Positions 26,470 through 41,323 of a stretch of DNA of 64,000 nt are shown here, piece after piece. Origin of the DNA: Eledone cirrhosa (Eukaryota). The stretch covers positions 32,054,001 to 32,118,000 of the forward strand of contig OZ024748.1 of assembly GCA_964016885.1 (NCBI GenBank), written 5' to 3'. Position numbers and translations under genes: made by a program. Positions within the stretch are counted from its first letter, which is position 1, and each line of letters starts with the position of its first letter. The notes under the pieces were generated by a model that saw only the letters and a program-made list of their open reading frames with translations, was not told the DNA's origin and ran no database searches.

Positions 26470-28587
26470 TATAACTTATATCCCAGACATCCATAGATTA
26501 TTTCTATTCTAGAGCTATCTCTCTCTTCCCCAATTTCAAAATGTTCTGTTTACATTATTATTATTATCATTCACTTGTTTCCACAACGTATATACTTCGA
26601 CCTTGTTTTTGATATAAACCATGTTGGACATTGTCTCTTTCTCTACAAACTCATCCCTAAGACCCGCCATTACCTCCCCTTTCTCTCACTCATTCATTTT
26701 AGTGTTTACGAAGGTAGGTGACCATCTTCGAAATTCTTACATATTTGCCTTGTCTAATATGCCTACTTATATCTGCTTATTTCCCCCGAATCTCCTGTGA
26801 TGATATATGTCATGATGGCTACCTATCTCACAATTTCCCACTCACCAACATAGGCTATTTGACCAATCAAACCTCAGCAACATGTCCTTACCCATTACCA
26901 GCCCCAACAAACTCTGCCATTACTACTACTGTCCTTCTAGCCCTTACCAGCCCCAACAAACTCTGCCATTACTACTACTGTCCTTCTAGCCCTTACCAGC
27001 CCCATCAAACTCTGCCATTAATACTACTGTCCTTCTAGACCTTACCAGCCCCAACAAACTCTGCCATTACTACTACTGTCCTTCTAGCCCTTACTAGCCC
27101 CAACAAACTCTGTCATTACTACTACTGTCCTTCTAGCCCTGCACCAAAGAATTCTTGTTTACTATTATGTATGGAGGAGCGAAGGATAAATGGAACAACC
27201 CGAATAAATAAATGAATATGAATCCGCGAGTTACCAAGCACCCATGCGAAGCTTTAATTCAGAGACAGGAAGCATACACACTCCCGTGCAAAAATTCACC
27301 CTCTCCCACAAATGATGACAAATGTCCAAAACTGAGTTGGCAGCATCAACGTAAGCACAATGAATGGAAGGGAAGGAGAAATTATAGACATGTTAGAGTG
27401 AAAGGATATTGACGTATGCTGTGTGCAAGAGACTAGATGGAGAGGAGAGTCCGCTAAAGTCCTTGTAGGCAAAAGTTAGTGCTACAAATTTTTCTGAGTG
27501 GGAAATGACAATGAGATGGGTGATGTAGGTATACTATTAGCTGACAAATGAGTAGATAAGGTAATAACCACACATATTGTTAACCAGGTAATACTAGAGG
27601 GTGTCATACCAAAGGATTGGTGCAGCAGCATCACCGTCAACTGCTAAAAGGGTAAAGGAGATGCACTAGATAGAAGAAACTATAGAGGTATAAAGCTGAT
27701 GGACCCGGTCATGAAAGTAATGGAAAGTGTCATAGCACAGTTGATCAGGGACTGGGTAAAACTAGGTTAGATGCAGTTTGGGCTTGTGCCACGAAAAAGT
27801 ACCACTGATGCTCTATTACTTATGATGCAGTTACAGGAAAAGTACCTAGCTTAATGTAAGCCGCTCTACCTGGCTCTTGTCGATCTGGAAAAAGCCTTCA
27901 ACAGAGTGCCCCATGCTATAAGCTGGTCGGCTCTTAGAAAACTAGGAGTAGATGAATGGCTTGGGAAAGCTGTACAAGCCATGTATAGAGGAGCAGTCAG
28001 TAAAGTTAGGCTTGACAATTACTATAGCGAGGAATTTAGCATACGGGTCGGTGTCCACCAGGGCTCTGTTCTTAGCCCTCTCCTGTTTATTATTGTATTG
28101 CAGGCTATAACAGAGGAGTTTAAGACCTGATGCCCATAGGAACTCCTATATGCGGATGATCTTACACTTATAGCTGAATCTATGGCAGAACTAAAGAAAC
28201 AAGCACCACCAAACTCTGGGAGAGCTCTGTAGAAACAATAGACAGCTTTTGCTACCTAGGTGACCGAATGAGCAGCGGAGGTTGCTGTTCTGAAAGTACA
28301 GTAACCAGAGTAACAACGGGATTGAAGAAGTTCAGGGAGCTACTGCCACTGCTAGCTGCAAAAGGCTTTTCCCTCAAAATGAAAGGCAGACAGTATTATG
28401 CGTGCATACGAACAGCAATGTTACATAGTAGTGAGACCTGGGCACTGTCTGTAGAAGACTTGCGTAGATTAGAAAGAAACGAAGCTTGCATGCTCCGATG
28501 GATGTGTAATAGTAATATACGTGAACCGCAAAGCATAAACAAATTGAGAAAGAGACTGGGCATAAGAGGAATCAAATGCTGTGTGCA
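26470..28587 (+). mobile_element. Multiply deleted RTE LINE (paralog 41830-43870)
   Basis: Fragments of APE (VQETRW), RT (DLEKAF, GVHQGS, YADD) and C-terminus. The same internal deletion junctions occur in units 2 and 3. Confidence 0.85.
26897..27140 (+). repeat. 49-bp tandem repeat, 5 units
   Basis: ACCAGCCCCAACAAACTCTGCCATTACTACTACTGTCCTTCTAGCCCTT. Single copy in the paralog at ~42246. Confidence 0.92.
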
Positions 28588-29024
28588 TTGTTTTCATAGT
28601 TTAAGCCTTAAAATACCTCTCCGACACGCTTTAAGTACATATAAACTCATTAAAACACACTTTTGTATTTAAACACCAAAAACAACCAGTAACGATCGTA
28701 TAGAAACTACCATCAACTATCATACCACAAGTTACCAATGAGAACCATTGCCAGCCACGGTAGCCACTTGGTAATACACTGCACATCTCCCGTCAATCTA
28801 TGAAGGGTTTGTAGTAAATTAGAGAAAAACACAATCAGTAAAACAGTAATCGAATGAAAAATAGAAACATGTTTTCATAGTTAAAGCCTTAAGATGTCCC
28901 TTCCTTAAGATATACACTTTAATAACATTGAAACTTATTTAATAAGTTTAAAATTTAAACACTTTTTTATTCAGACGTACCGCGATGAGAAAATAGTGAA
29001 CCGCGATATAGCGGGGGATTACTG
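28588..29024. mobile_element. One end of a pogo/Tigger-like non-autonomous DNA transposon
   Basis: Ends GTGAACCGCGATATAGCGGGGGATTACTG|TA (reverse complement CAGTAATCCCCCGCTATATCGCGG). Related sequence at 44375-44423. Confidence 0.55.
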
Positions 29025-29422
29025 TATACATACACACACACAACATACATCTATCTATATACACTCGTAATATTTATTTCGATTTTTGACATTAAAATAT
29101 TGACTGAGGGTGCGACAACTGTTTCTTGTTTGAGGTTGTTCCAGTGGTTGAAATATAGACGGAGGTATTTTAAATAATAAAGACAGTCATGATAACAATA
29201 TATTTTATATCACATGTAACAGTGGAATCTGCTGATTGAAAAATAACACATCAACATTTCAGTTTGGAAGTGTTTTTCTATATATAAAAGTGGAGGAAGA
29301 AATATATTTTTCTAATGTTGTTATATATATTTTCACCTGTATATAATTACTGGATCGTTGTAGGGTTCACATAATTATATTATTTACACACATTAATATA
29401 GACATTAAGTAAATCTTTGTCA

Positions 29423-29760
29423 ACTTACCTCCTTCACATATAATCAATGTGTTGTGTTGTTAGGTTTTACTAAACAACCAAAGAAATAATCTCTTTGTTA
29501 TCAAATTAGAAGTTTCAAAGATGTTATCAGCTTTATTTCACGACATTAGCGTTGGTGTATATTCTTCATCTTTAGTCATAAATTGGTATCTTGTTAGAAT
29601 GAAGTAGTGAGGATGACTTTATGTCTTTAGCTACAGATTTGATAGGAAATATATATATATTAGGTTGATATGTGGTCTAAAATATATATATTGTCTATAA
29701 ATGATGTACTGGTGAAATAGTAGGTTTACTACTACAGACTGTAATGGAACTCTTAGTAGA
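29423..29760 (-). promoter_or_regulatory. Putative first non-coding exon and upstream promoter region of ZNF copy 2
   Basis: Consensus donor GAAGGAG|GTAAGT at 29429/29428 in non-TE sequence. 29501-29760 is paralogous to 1-275, the upstream region of a ZNF copy off the left edge. Confidence 0.45.
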
Positions 29761-30052
29761 CACAGTCTGGGGCAGAAAATTGTGTATATATATATAATTG
29801 TTACACAAGATATAATTAGATTAATTAAAGTTATAATGAAGACAGCAAGTACGCGGTGTCATCGGGAATGTTTCAACTCACGTCCGGTGTCAAACGTTAA
29901 AAGTCCCTGATATAATTTAATACCTTCAGACACAGTTCTAATCGTATTTAATTAATTGTAAATCATAAAATATCAATTATATATCAATAAAAAAAACCTC
30001 TACGTAGTCTCTCTAACTGCTAGAAATAGCAGTGATATTATCCATTACAACT

Positions 30053-30119
<67 letters not shown>

Positions 30120-30126
<7 letters not shown>

Positions 30127-30350
30127 CGTAATAAACAATATAAGGCAATTATTTCATTTACCAGTGGTTTCTTAAAAGCAAGGATTTTTTTCATTCTGAT
30201 GATTGAAAGCAAAAAATTTTTTTGCTTTTTTTGCTTTTAAGAAACCACTGGTAAATGGAATAATTGCCTTATGTTGTTTATTACATAACTATTAAGCTCT
30301 GTTACCTACATAGAGCACTCTCTTTTCCTGGACTTTTCCGACGGAATTAC
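30120..30350 (+). mobile_element. Penelope-like terminal fold-back remnant with hammerhead motif (30188-30260)
   Basis: Inverted arms. TTTTCATT-CTGATGA-TTGAAAGC...GCTTTTAA-GAAAC-CACTG-GTA-AATGGAA. Related to 5434-5696. Confidence 0.65.
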
Positions 30351-30465
30351 TTCATTCATACATATATATATATATAGTAATATTAATAAATTTGAAGACT
30401 AAAATCCAAAGCGGGCTCGATAAGGATAAATATATATCAGATATATAAGAACCGTAGAGCAAATA

Positions 30466-30555
<90 letters not shown>

Positions 30556-30562
<7 letters not shown>

Positions 30563-30983
30563 AGATCAAAAGATGGTTAAAGGAGTTCAATATATTTTAT
30601 TATGCGCATTTCAAAAACAAACATCATCAAACAATAATATTTGTGTTTTCATCAGATAAAACAGGAGAACATGATATGAAGGCTAAAAAAAGCACTTGTT
30701 GATAGTGCAGTTTTAAATCAACATATATGTTGATTTAAAACTGCACTATCAACAAGTGCTTTTTTAGCCTTCATATCATGTTCTCCTGTTTTATCTGATG
30801 AAAACACAAATATTATTGTTTGATGATGTTTGTTTTTGAAATGCGCATAATAAAATATATTGAACTCCTTTAACCATCTTTTGATCTTATATTATGCATA
30901 CTCCAGTCCCACAAACTGTAGAGTGCTTCTTATCCGATATCTGCATTGCTTTATTGTACTACAATAAAACTCACCTCCTACAT
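30556..30983 (+). mobile_element. Truncated Naiad-type Penelope 3' end forming a ~339-bp spacerless palindrome
   Basis: 30556-30725 is the reverse complement of 30726-30894. 30726-30982 matches the 3' terminus of the element at 60308-60566. Confidence 0.85.
30789..30855 (+). ncRNA. Minimal type I hammerhead ribozyme (mirror copy at ~30595-30661, minus strand)
   Basis: TTTTAT-CTGATGA-[stem II]-GAAAT-GCGC-ATA-ATAAAA, with palindromic stem III ATGCGCAT. Confidence 0.7.
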
Positions 30984-31328
30984 TATATATATATATATAT
31001 ATTAATATTTGCTCTACGGTTCTTATATAATTTATTAATTCTTCATAGACCCACAAAGTGACCGGTTGCAACATATATATCTATAACTTTATGTAACATA
31101 TATATCTATAACTTTATGTATATGTAAACATTATATTTAATAATCTCCCGTTAGGTTGAGATACAATTTGGCGATATTTGGCTGCGGTTTCTAGCAACAA
31201 GCCTACCCGCCGTAAGCAACCAATCACATTCTTTCTAACTTGACCACTGCCACATTGCGGTTCTTAGCCATTTTTAAATCTAATTTTGGCGCGATCACTT
31301 TGGAAAACTAAGTGTCTAATTTTGAGTT

Positions 31329-31408
31329 TGTCTCCTGATGAATCCGAACTCTGGGCATTTCCTATTAATTGGATGTCTAAAAATACGGATGAAACCTTCG
31401 TAGAGATA
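31329..31408 (+). ncRNA. Type I hammerhead ribozyme motif in another Penelope-like remnant (~31130-31690)
   Basis: TGTCTC-CTGATGA-ATCCG...CGGAT-GAAAC-CTTC-GTA-GAGATA. The nearby minus-strand remnant FLELLDK...KKSIRPSY resembles a PLE linker region. Confidence 0.65.
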
Positions 31409-32437
31409 TAATTACGGTATGTATACATTTCTTCTAAGTTTGAATTTACACCTAATTGTGTATGGTTGATGGTATGTTTAGTCAGTTTCTACATGCTGTC
31501 GAAATGTTGGATACATACTCTATTGGGGCCACCGCGAAGAGGCCACATTCGGTTATTTGTCGGAGATTTCTTCATAAGAGCCTTTATTCTTATAGCTTGG
31601 TCTAATTGATTTTTTATATAGTTAATTATGCTGATTGGGAGAGGAAATGGTATATATTTTATCTAATAATTCTAAAAACATGATTTATGATATATATATA
31701 TATACACACATATTTGTATATATGAATATATATGTGTGTGTATGTGTATATATGGCTGTGTGTGTTTACACGTATGCATGGTGTATATGTACGTTTGGTG
31801 AACATATGTGTATTTACCTGTAGGTATGTATGAGTGTGCGTTCCATACGCATTTATGCGTGTATATTTATATATGTATATATAATTATATGCACACACAC
31901 TAACATATATTTATATGTGAATTTGGTGTATACGTTCGTACGTGTGCGGGTATATGTGTCGCCCCGGTTTACCTCCGTATGCATACATGGTCTGTGTTTT
32001 CGCATATGCACGTGTATAATTGTGTGTATGTATATATTTAATTATTATTACTTTTATGATTTTAATAACCTCTCATTTTCGTTCAACTAATTTATTTACA
32101 TTATTCTGAAAACCAAAGCCGAGAATCATTCAGTTTCCTAAATAATATATTAGTCTACGACTCCATTTATACCATAAACGTGGTTTTGTCTTTACGTGTA
32201 ATTGTTGTCAACGCTCCACATAACGAGTATTATCTTCGCTTTTTTCCGTTCATTGCCAGGGAACGTCTTCACGAACCAAAGTATCGTCCTCCTGTTTTCA
32301 TTCAGTTGCAACGTTTTTCGAAATATTTACTTCTGCGTTCACAGATTGATTTTTTTAGTTTCAGAAGATCCTGTTAAGGGTGAAAGCAGCGATTCTTTGC
32401 TTAAACTATAATCTATTATTTTAATATATATATATAT

Positions 32438-32547
32438 ATAATATAAGATCAAAAAGATGGTTAAAAGAGCACTCTACAAACTGTAGAGTGCTACTTATCC
32501 GATATCTGCATTGCTTTATTGTACTACAATAAAACTCACCCCCTACA
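32438..32547 (+). mobile_element. Tiny Naiad-family 3' end with inverted 5' piece
   Basis: Matches 30556-30580 plus 30910-30983, in a TA run. Confidence 0.75.
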
Positions 32548-34871
32548 TTATATATATATATATATACACGTATATCTCAAGGGTGGTACCACAGCATGGC
32601 CTCAGCCAGATGGCTGGAACAGGTAAAATATATATGTGTATATCCATATATTGTATTTATCCTCATCACAATTTAAACTCCATTTTACATGCTAGCATGG
32701 GTCAGACGAGTGGTCCTCTTGCTCATGCAAGAACCATTTCTGGTTGGTTTCTACGGCTGAATGCCCTTCCTAACTCCAACAACATTTACAGGGTGGAACT
32801 GGTATTTATTGTTGTGTTGCTAACATGACCGACCTACAGGGTGGACTGGGTGCTATTCGTTGTCTCACCATCATGATAACCACCTAACAGAGCACACTGG
32901 GTGCTCTTTGTCATTTCACCAATTTGACCACTTTGAAGGGTGGTTCGGGTGCCTTCAGTCTTGCCACTAGCATTACTACTTTACAGAGTGGGCTAGGGGC
33001 CTCCTGTCATGTCTACCTCACAGGGTGGACTGGGTGCTTTTTTGTCATGTCACCTGCATGGCTACCTTGCAGGGAGGGTTAGGTGCTCTTTTGTCATATT
33101 ACCTAACAGAGAGGACTCGGTGTTCTTTTGTCATGACACTTGCATGACCACCTTACAGGGTTGCCTGAGGGTTTAGCCATTTCAGCATCATTGGAGGAGA
33201 GCATGTTAAGCTTTCCATACTTGTATACATGGGTTGCTCAAGAGAGGTGATTCAGATGTGAAAGTGGGGGTGGGGATTGGAGAGGTATGTCAGGGTGGTG
33301 TACTTAGCTGGTAAGGGGGTGGAGTGTTAAGATATGGAGAGGAGGAAAATTGGACATACTTCAAACCACTTAATGTTGCTTCATCCCGTGCACATGGGAA
33401 TGCAGGTCTCCTGCAGTACTGTATAATGCCAGAGATTTCAATCCTGTGTCATCACCTTTGAGAGGTACAATGGTGTCAGGTCAATTTTTACCTCCTCATC
33501 CCAAGAATTTTTAGGTCTTCCTCTTCCATCAATTTCGAGCACATCACATGTCCATAACAATGCAATCTACGCTCTTGCTACTGTATCTTATCCCTCTTAT
33601 ACCAGAGTTCTCTCAGTTTATTAACATTTTGTTCTTCATGTATATTAATATTACACATCCATTGGAGAAATCAAGCTTCATTTCTATCCAATCTTTGGAG
33701 GTTATGTGCACACACCACCCACATCTCATTGCAATGCAGCATTACTGTTCATATGCAGAAATCAATTTGATGAAACAACCTTTTGTAGCTAGCAGCAGTA
33801 GAAGTAGCACCCTAAACCCCTGCCATCTTGTTCTTAGTGTACTTTCAGAACACCTACCTACACTGCTAATTTGGTCCCCCAGGTAATAGAAACTGTCAAC
33901 TGCTTCTATGGAACCCATTAAATGTTTGATAGAGCTTGTCTCCTAAAAGTGATTGCTGTTTACTGCTCCAGTGCAATGACCCCTTGTAAAATCTACATTC
34001 TTAGCTAACTCAATGTATCCCACTAAATCTTGTGTACCCATAGTCTATTTAGTGTAAATAATGTTTCATACACATAACATCTATGTGTGACCATAAGTCC
34101 ACTTATGGCACCACTGTTTATTGGGGTGAGCACTTCCAAACAGACCCTTCATTGGGCATGCTGACAAATATTAAAAGGAAGTTCTTTCCTTCAACAATTT
34201 TCACCCCAAACAGACGACATTTTCATATTGTCGAAAAGGGAGGTAAATCCTTTGTGGTGAAATTGTCAGGCTTAATTATATATGTAATTAGACACACATA
34301 GAACTGGTTGATAGCTTTTGCAATCCAGGTGACTTAATTAGCAGTGGAGGAGGCTGCTCTGAAAGATGAATAGTTAGAATAAGGATAGGATGGAAAAAGT
34401 TTGGAGCGCTACTGCAACAGTTGACCACAAAAGGTTTCTCTCTCTGTACAAAATGATGACTGTATGACACATGTGGGTGATGTGCAATGATGCATGGTAA
34501 CGAAACAAGGGCTGTGACTGCAGAGGATATGTAGACTGGAGAGAAATTAAACAACCCTGCTTTGTAGGATATGTTACGTAAGTGTGAGAGAAAGGCAGAG
34601 CTTGGACAAGTTCAAAAAGAAGCTGGGTTTAAGAGTGTTATGAAGTGGTGTGTAAGAGAGAAGACTGTGTTTGTACTGACATGGGATGAACATGGATAAT
34701 GAGCACTGGGTGATCAAGTGCCAGGAAATCCCAGTAGAAGGAAGCCATAGTAGAGGTAGACCAAGAAAGACCTATACAGAGGCTGTGTGAACTGACTTCA
34801 AATCACTGACTCTCACAGAGGACATGACAAAGTAACACGACAAGTTGAAAGATGCCATGTTGAGAAGGACC

Positions 34872-35283
34872 TATAACAGTGTACTGGTGTGTATGAATAT
34901 AACAAGACACTAGGTTGTGTATATAACGTTTAATTAACAATTTGCAGTTATGTAGAACAGTATAGTTGACAAGTCAATGAAAGTAGATGAAAGAATGAAG
35001 TAAAGTTATTTGTTACCATTTTGAAGTTAGCTCGCAAGAGGCCATGTTAGGGTTGCCAGAAGAACGCGCCTGGCCGAAGGGCCAGGCACGTTAGAAGGCC
35101 AGGAACCGAAAGGCAAATGAGAGAGAGAGAGCTGAAAGTTATTCCCTTTATAGGTCCTGGGGCAGAAGTGACAACAAGGGCTCTGCCACCCCAACGGGAA
35201 GCAACTCCAAATACTTCCTGTCTAGAAAGCGTTACTCTATTGGTGATGTCATCGTCACAACAAGGGAGGCAACTCTTGCTACA
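34872..35283 (-). mobile_element. Solo LTR (412 bp) of the same family as 342-2642
   Basis: TATAACA...TGCTACA flanked by a 4-bp TSD GACC (34868-34871, 35284-35287). The empty site GAAGGACCTGTCC is at ~19318 in unit 2. Confidence 0.92.
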
Positions 35284-35667
35284 GACCTGTCCAACCAAGC
35301 AAGCATGGAAAAACGGACATAAAAACAGTGATGATGTTGACGAAGATGACGTACATATACACACATACATACACAAATAAATCAAATACAGATATGCACA
35401 TGCTTATATACAAACACAGATACAAACATATAAATGGACACAAATTTCAACACACATACATTCACATATGTACAGCGTATGTAAATTCTGACTGCTACAG
35501 TTTTGTCGGCAAAACTCTTGGTTACAACTTCTACAAATAAAATGAAAGAAGAATTTCTTAGTAAAACAGTTTTATTCAAAATATTAACATTGGTGGCACT
35601 ATTTTGGGTGAGTGATATGGTTTTTATCTTCTCAGATTGTGTTTGTGTTGCATCAAGTGACCTTTAC

Positions 35668-36060
35668 AAGACATCACATCGATCTAGTTCCTTTCCTGTA
35701 TGTGTTAGTGTCTAGTGAAGTCACAACATTTAGAAAAGGATTTACCACAGACATCAGTGATATGGTTCCTTTCCTGTATATGTTAGTCTGTAGTGAAGCC
35801 ACAACATTTAGAAAATTATTTAACACAAACATCACAGTGATATAGTTCCTCTCCTGTATATGTTGGTGTCTAGTGAAGCCATAACATTTAGAGAAGGATT
35901 TACCAGACATCAGTGATATGGTTCCTCTCCTGTATATGTTAGTGTCTAGTGAAGCCACTACATTTAGAGAAGGATTTATCACAGACATCACAATGATATG
36001 GTTCCTCTCCTGTATGTGTTAGTGTCTAGTGAAGCCACAACATTTAGAGAATGATTTACT
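35668..36060 (-). repeat. ~80-bp degenerate zinc-finger-derived tandem repeat in the ZNF 3' UTR, 5 units (2 units at ~7985-8150, 3 at ~19716-19945)
   Basis: Unit translates as TGEEPYHCDVCGKSFSKCCGFTRH* and is 4 nt shorter than an 84-bp finger. Confidence 0.8.
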
Positions 36061-36094
36061 AAATATATCAAAGTGATATGGCTTCCCAGCTGTA

Positions 36095-37677
36095 TCTGTT
36101 AGACACGCAGTGACTAACAACAGAATGTTTTAAGTCTGCATGTCTGACATATATGCGTAGCTTGTGAATAAAAAATTCAAGGGGTTTCGCTGGCCGTGGT
36201 GATCCCTCCGAAACATGTTTTGTAATGTATCGTCGTATTGGCTAATTTCATCGCCTTATTGGCTAATCAAGCAATGAGAGTAATTGTTGCTCAAAAGCAT
36301 CGGCCATTTTGTTTGCACGTTTATTTATCATTTCGCTTTTGAATCTTCCTCCTGTATTTCGTCGTTTATCATCAAAATATTTTTCTCTTTTTGGTAAGTT
36401 TTATTATTAATTTATATATGATTTTTTAAATTTATATGAACTATTTTTTTTCAGTTCGTTATAACATGCTTATATTGGTTGTGTAGTGACCTACATTCCG
36501 CGGGCTCACATACATTCTCTGTGCATGATTTGGCTCAGCTCAGCCAATCAGCGCCAGTAGAAGAGAATGTATCTCTACCTGCCCTGAGGGAAAAGTTCCC
36601 GCGTTGATTTGAAGAATCAGCCTCTCGCTTCCTGACTGTGAAAAGGTAAACAACTAACTTTCATTCGTCGTGAAATCAATAGCCAACATGTAATGGTGAG
36701 ATTTTGCACTTTGGCCTGCCAGCCTTCCTTGGGCCTGGCACAATGGCACATTCCATTTTGTAACCTCATTTTATGTGTAACTTCAACCATACAGGTTAAC
36801 GAACATTATTTGTGCTACAACAAAAATAAACATACATTTCCTCTCTAATTTCTGCTGTTGACATCATTATTATGTTACTCGTGTATCAATAACATTTATA
36901 TACTATGCTGCTAAAGTTGTATCATATTTACTTGTATATTTGTCCATATTATTGTTCATTTTATGTTAGATAATTTTATTATTATTATGTTAGATTATAT
37001 TTTTATTATTATGTTAGACTACTTGTATGTAATATTTAATTTTTATTAATTCAACTATAACAATTATTATGTAAAATATATTTATTTAATATTGATTGTT
37101 TTTGTAGTTGTTTATATTAAAAGTCTGAAAATATTTTTATACATCTTACAATAATATTTATAAGATCATTTATTATTAATATATATCATGTTTAACTAGA
37201 GTTATTACAAGCGTTGCCTTAAAAAAATATTAAACTAGACCTGAAAAATGCGCAAGCTCAAAAGAGCCACAGAATGTTATAATAAACCTTCAAAAGTGTG
37301 GGACTAGAGTTGTTGCTCAAAAATATTGTAATCATTATCTATCGTACACTCTGTGGCAACCTTTTATAAAAAAGAGACTCATAACGAACTCAAGATAACA
37401 CGATAATTATTTAAGTGAATTTATAATATAGAATTCGGTTTAAGTGCATTTTGTATTAATCATTACTAAACATCTAATATGAGATATTGAACATTAGCTT
37501 AAATAATTATCGTTTCGTCTTGAGTTCGTTATGAGAATCTTTTTTATAAAAGGATGCCACAGAGTGTACGATAGATAATGATTACAATATTTTTTAGCAA
37601 CAACTCTAGTCCCACACTTTTGAAGGTTTATTATAACATTCTGTGGCTCTTTGAGCTTGCACATTTTTCAGGTCTAG
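36095..37677 (+). mobile_element. 1.58-kb Helitron-like insertion with an internal inverted copy of its 3' end
   Basis: A|TC ... hairpin GCTCTTTGAGC ... CTAG|T with no TSD. Absent in paralogs (19970-19990, 8175-8195). 37234-37415 is the reverse complement of 37498-37678. Confidence 0.55.
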
Positions 37678-37807
37678 TATATATGTTTCTGTGTAGTTAA
37701 TGTAACATTCAAAGAGAATGATTTCCCTCAGATGTCACAAAGATATGTATTTGTGTTCTCATTAATTCACAAATTGGAGAGAATGATTTATCACTGATGC
37801 CAATGCG

Positions 37808-39322
<1,515 letters not shown>

Positions 39323-40952
39323 AATTATTTCTTCTTCAACAGAATATACAAATGTTTTACTTGTAATATTTTTTATATTATACTTTTTATAAAATATTTC
39401 TTCTTCTATATTTCCCTCAACTGTAATTTCAGTTAATATCTGAAGATAATACAAACTTCTTTTTCATCCAAGTTCAGTTAAAATAGAAAACCATCTTATT
39501 GTGAGGAAAATAAACTCAGTTTTGAGGAAATATTTCACAGAAATACGACGAGAGATTTATATAAACAGTGTTATATAAGTTGTGTTTAGAAAGTTTTAGT
39601 CTTCAAATGATGATAAATACAGGTGATGTATCCAAGATTGAAAATAATAATTTATCCCAATGTCATCTGATATTCTGAAATAAGAAAGAAACAGTATGAG
39701 ATAATAGAGAATACTTAAAATGCAGAGATAGATTTAACAGTGGAAATTTGACATGGTTACCATATTACCCAGCGTCGAAGACGTTACTTTTTCCCTAATA
39801 TAAATCTACCAATATGTCCTGGAGGCCAAAGGTTGTTTATTTTTTTTTTCAAAAATTGGTCGTCTTCGGCGCCTGTAAAAACGGTACATTGGTAAACTGA
39901 AGAAATATACCTGTGTGATGTTTATTTATTTATATAAACCAAGGCTATATATATGTCAAACTACAGCGGCACAATCATTACAGCGGTATCATCTGGTAGA
40001 GGGCCCCAAAACTGTGGCAACCTTGTGAGATGGGTTTTGCTCAGCCGACTGGCGACCCCTCATCATAGTGGTGCAGCCAACTGGCCAGCCCTTCTCGTAA
40101 CCATACCATCCAGTACCGGGCCCCAAAACTATGGTAACCTCGTGAGATGGATTTGGTGCAGCTGACTGGCCACCCCTCTTCATAGTGGTGCCACCCAGTA
40201 CCAGGCCCCCAAATTATAGTTCCATTGTGAGATGGGTTCAGTGCAGCCAACTGGCCTGTCCCTCCTCATAACAGAGCCATCCAGTCCCACACTGTAAACA
40301 TGGTTGGTGTTAGGAAGGGAATCCAACTGTAAAAACCCAACCAAATTTACAGACCTCGCCTGAGCAAGGTGTGAGACATGGCCAACCCTGGCCAGACTAG
40401 CCTCCTGGTGTCTAACCCATACAAGAATGTAAAAATGGACGCTAAATGGTGATGACACAAACATATATATGTATATATCCCACCCACACTGGACATGTAA
40501 AAGACAGCAAAAAGCACCCAGCACACACTGTAAAGTAGACATGTAGGTGTCTTGGGAAATGCTCCCAGTCCACACTGTCAATGTGGTTGGCGTTAGGAAG
40601 GACATCCAGCCGTAGAAAGCTAGCATTTTTTTTATGTTCTTTTATTTGTCCAATCTGGCCGGACGTAAAAGTCCTTTCTTTAGCATTTACATTACTAAAT
40701 ATATACTATTATATTTCCATGGTAAAGGCTTTACCTCACATATGTCACATAATATCGAATCTATGAGATTTTGATATTATTTACATCGAGAACAATACCT
40801 TAACATCAGTATGAGTGGCCAATTACGGCTGGTTTAAAAAGAAAAAGGGGAGAAAATTCTGGCCCGTTATGGCAGAGTTTAAATGTTATAGGGTTAAGCA
40901 GCTTTCAGTGGATAATATTCCAATTTCCTCTCTTTGGGATTAAATTTTTATA

Positions 40953-41323
40953 AAATTGATGGAAGCTTTGGAATAGGAAGACCTGGGATGAGGTGATAAA
41001 AGCTGACCTCACACAATTGATGGAAGCTATGGAGTACGAAGACCTAGTTTGTGGTGATAAAAGCTGACTTCACACAATTGATGGAAGCTATAGAGTAGGA
41101 AGACCTGGGATGAGGTGATAAAAGCCCACCTCACACAATTGATGGAAGCTATGGAGTAGGAAGACCTGGGATGAGGTGATAAAAGCTGACCTCACACAAT
41201 TGATGGAAGCTATGGAGTAGGAAGTCCTGGGATGAGGTGATAAAAGCTGACCTCACACAATTGATGGAAGCTATGGAGTAGGAAGTCCTGGGATGAGGTG
41301 ATAAAAGCTGACCTCACACAATT
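40953..41323 (+). repeat. 61-bp RTE-derived minisatellite, 6 units
   Basis: Same unit as 12170 and 23720. Runs on into RTE sequence (TTGCACTTCTCAAAGACAATGACACAGGAT). Confidence 0.95.
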
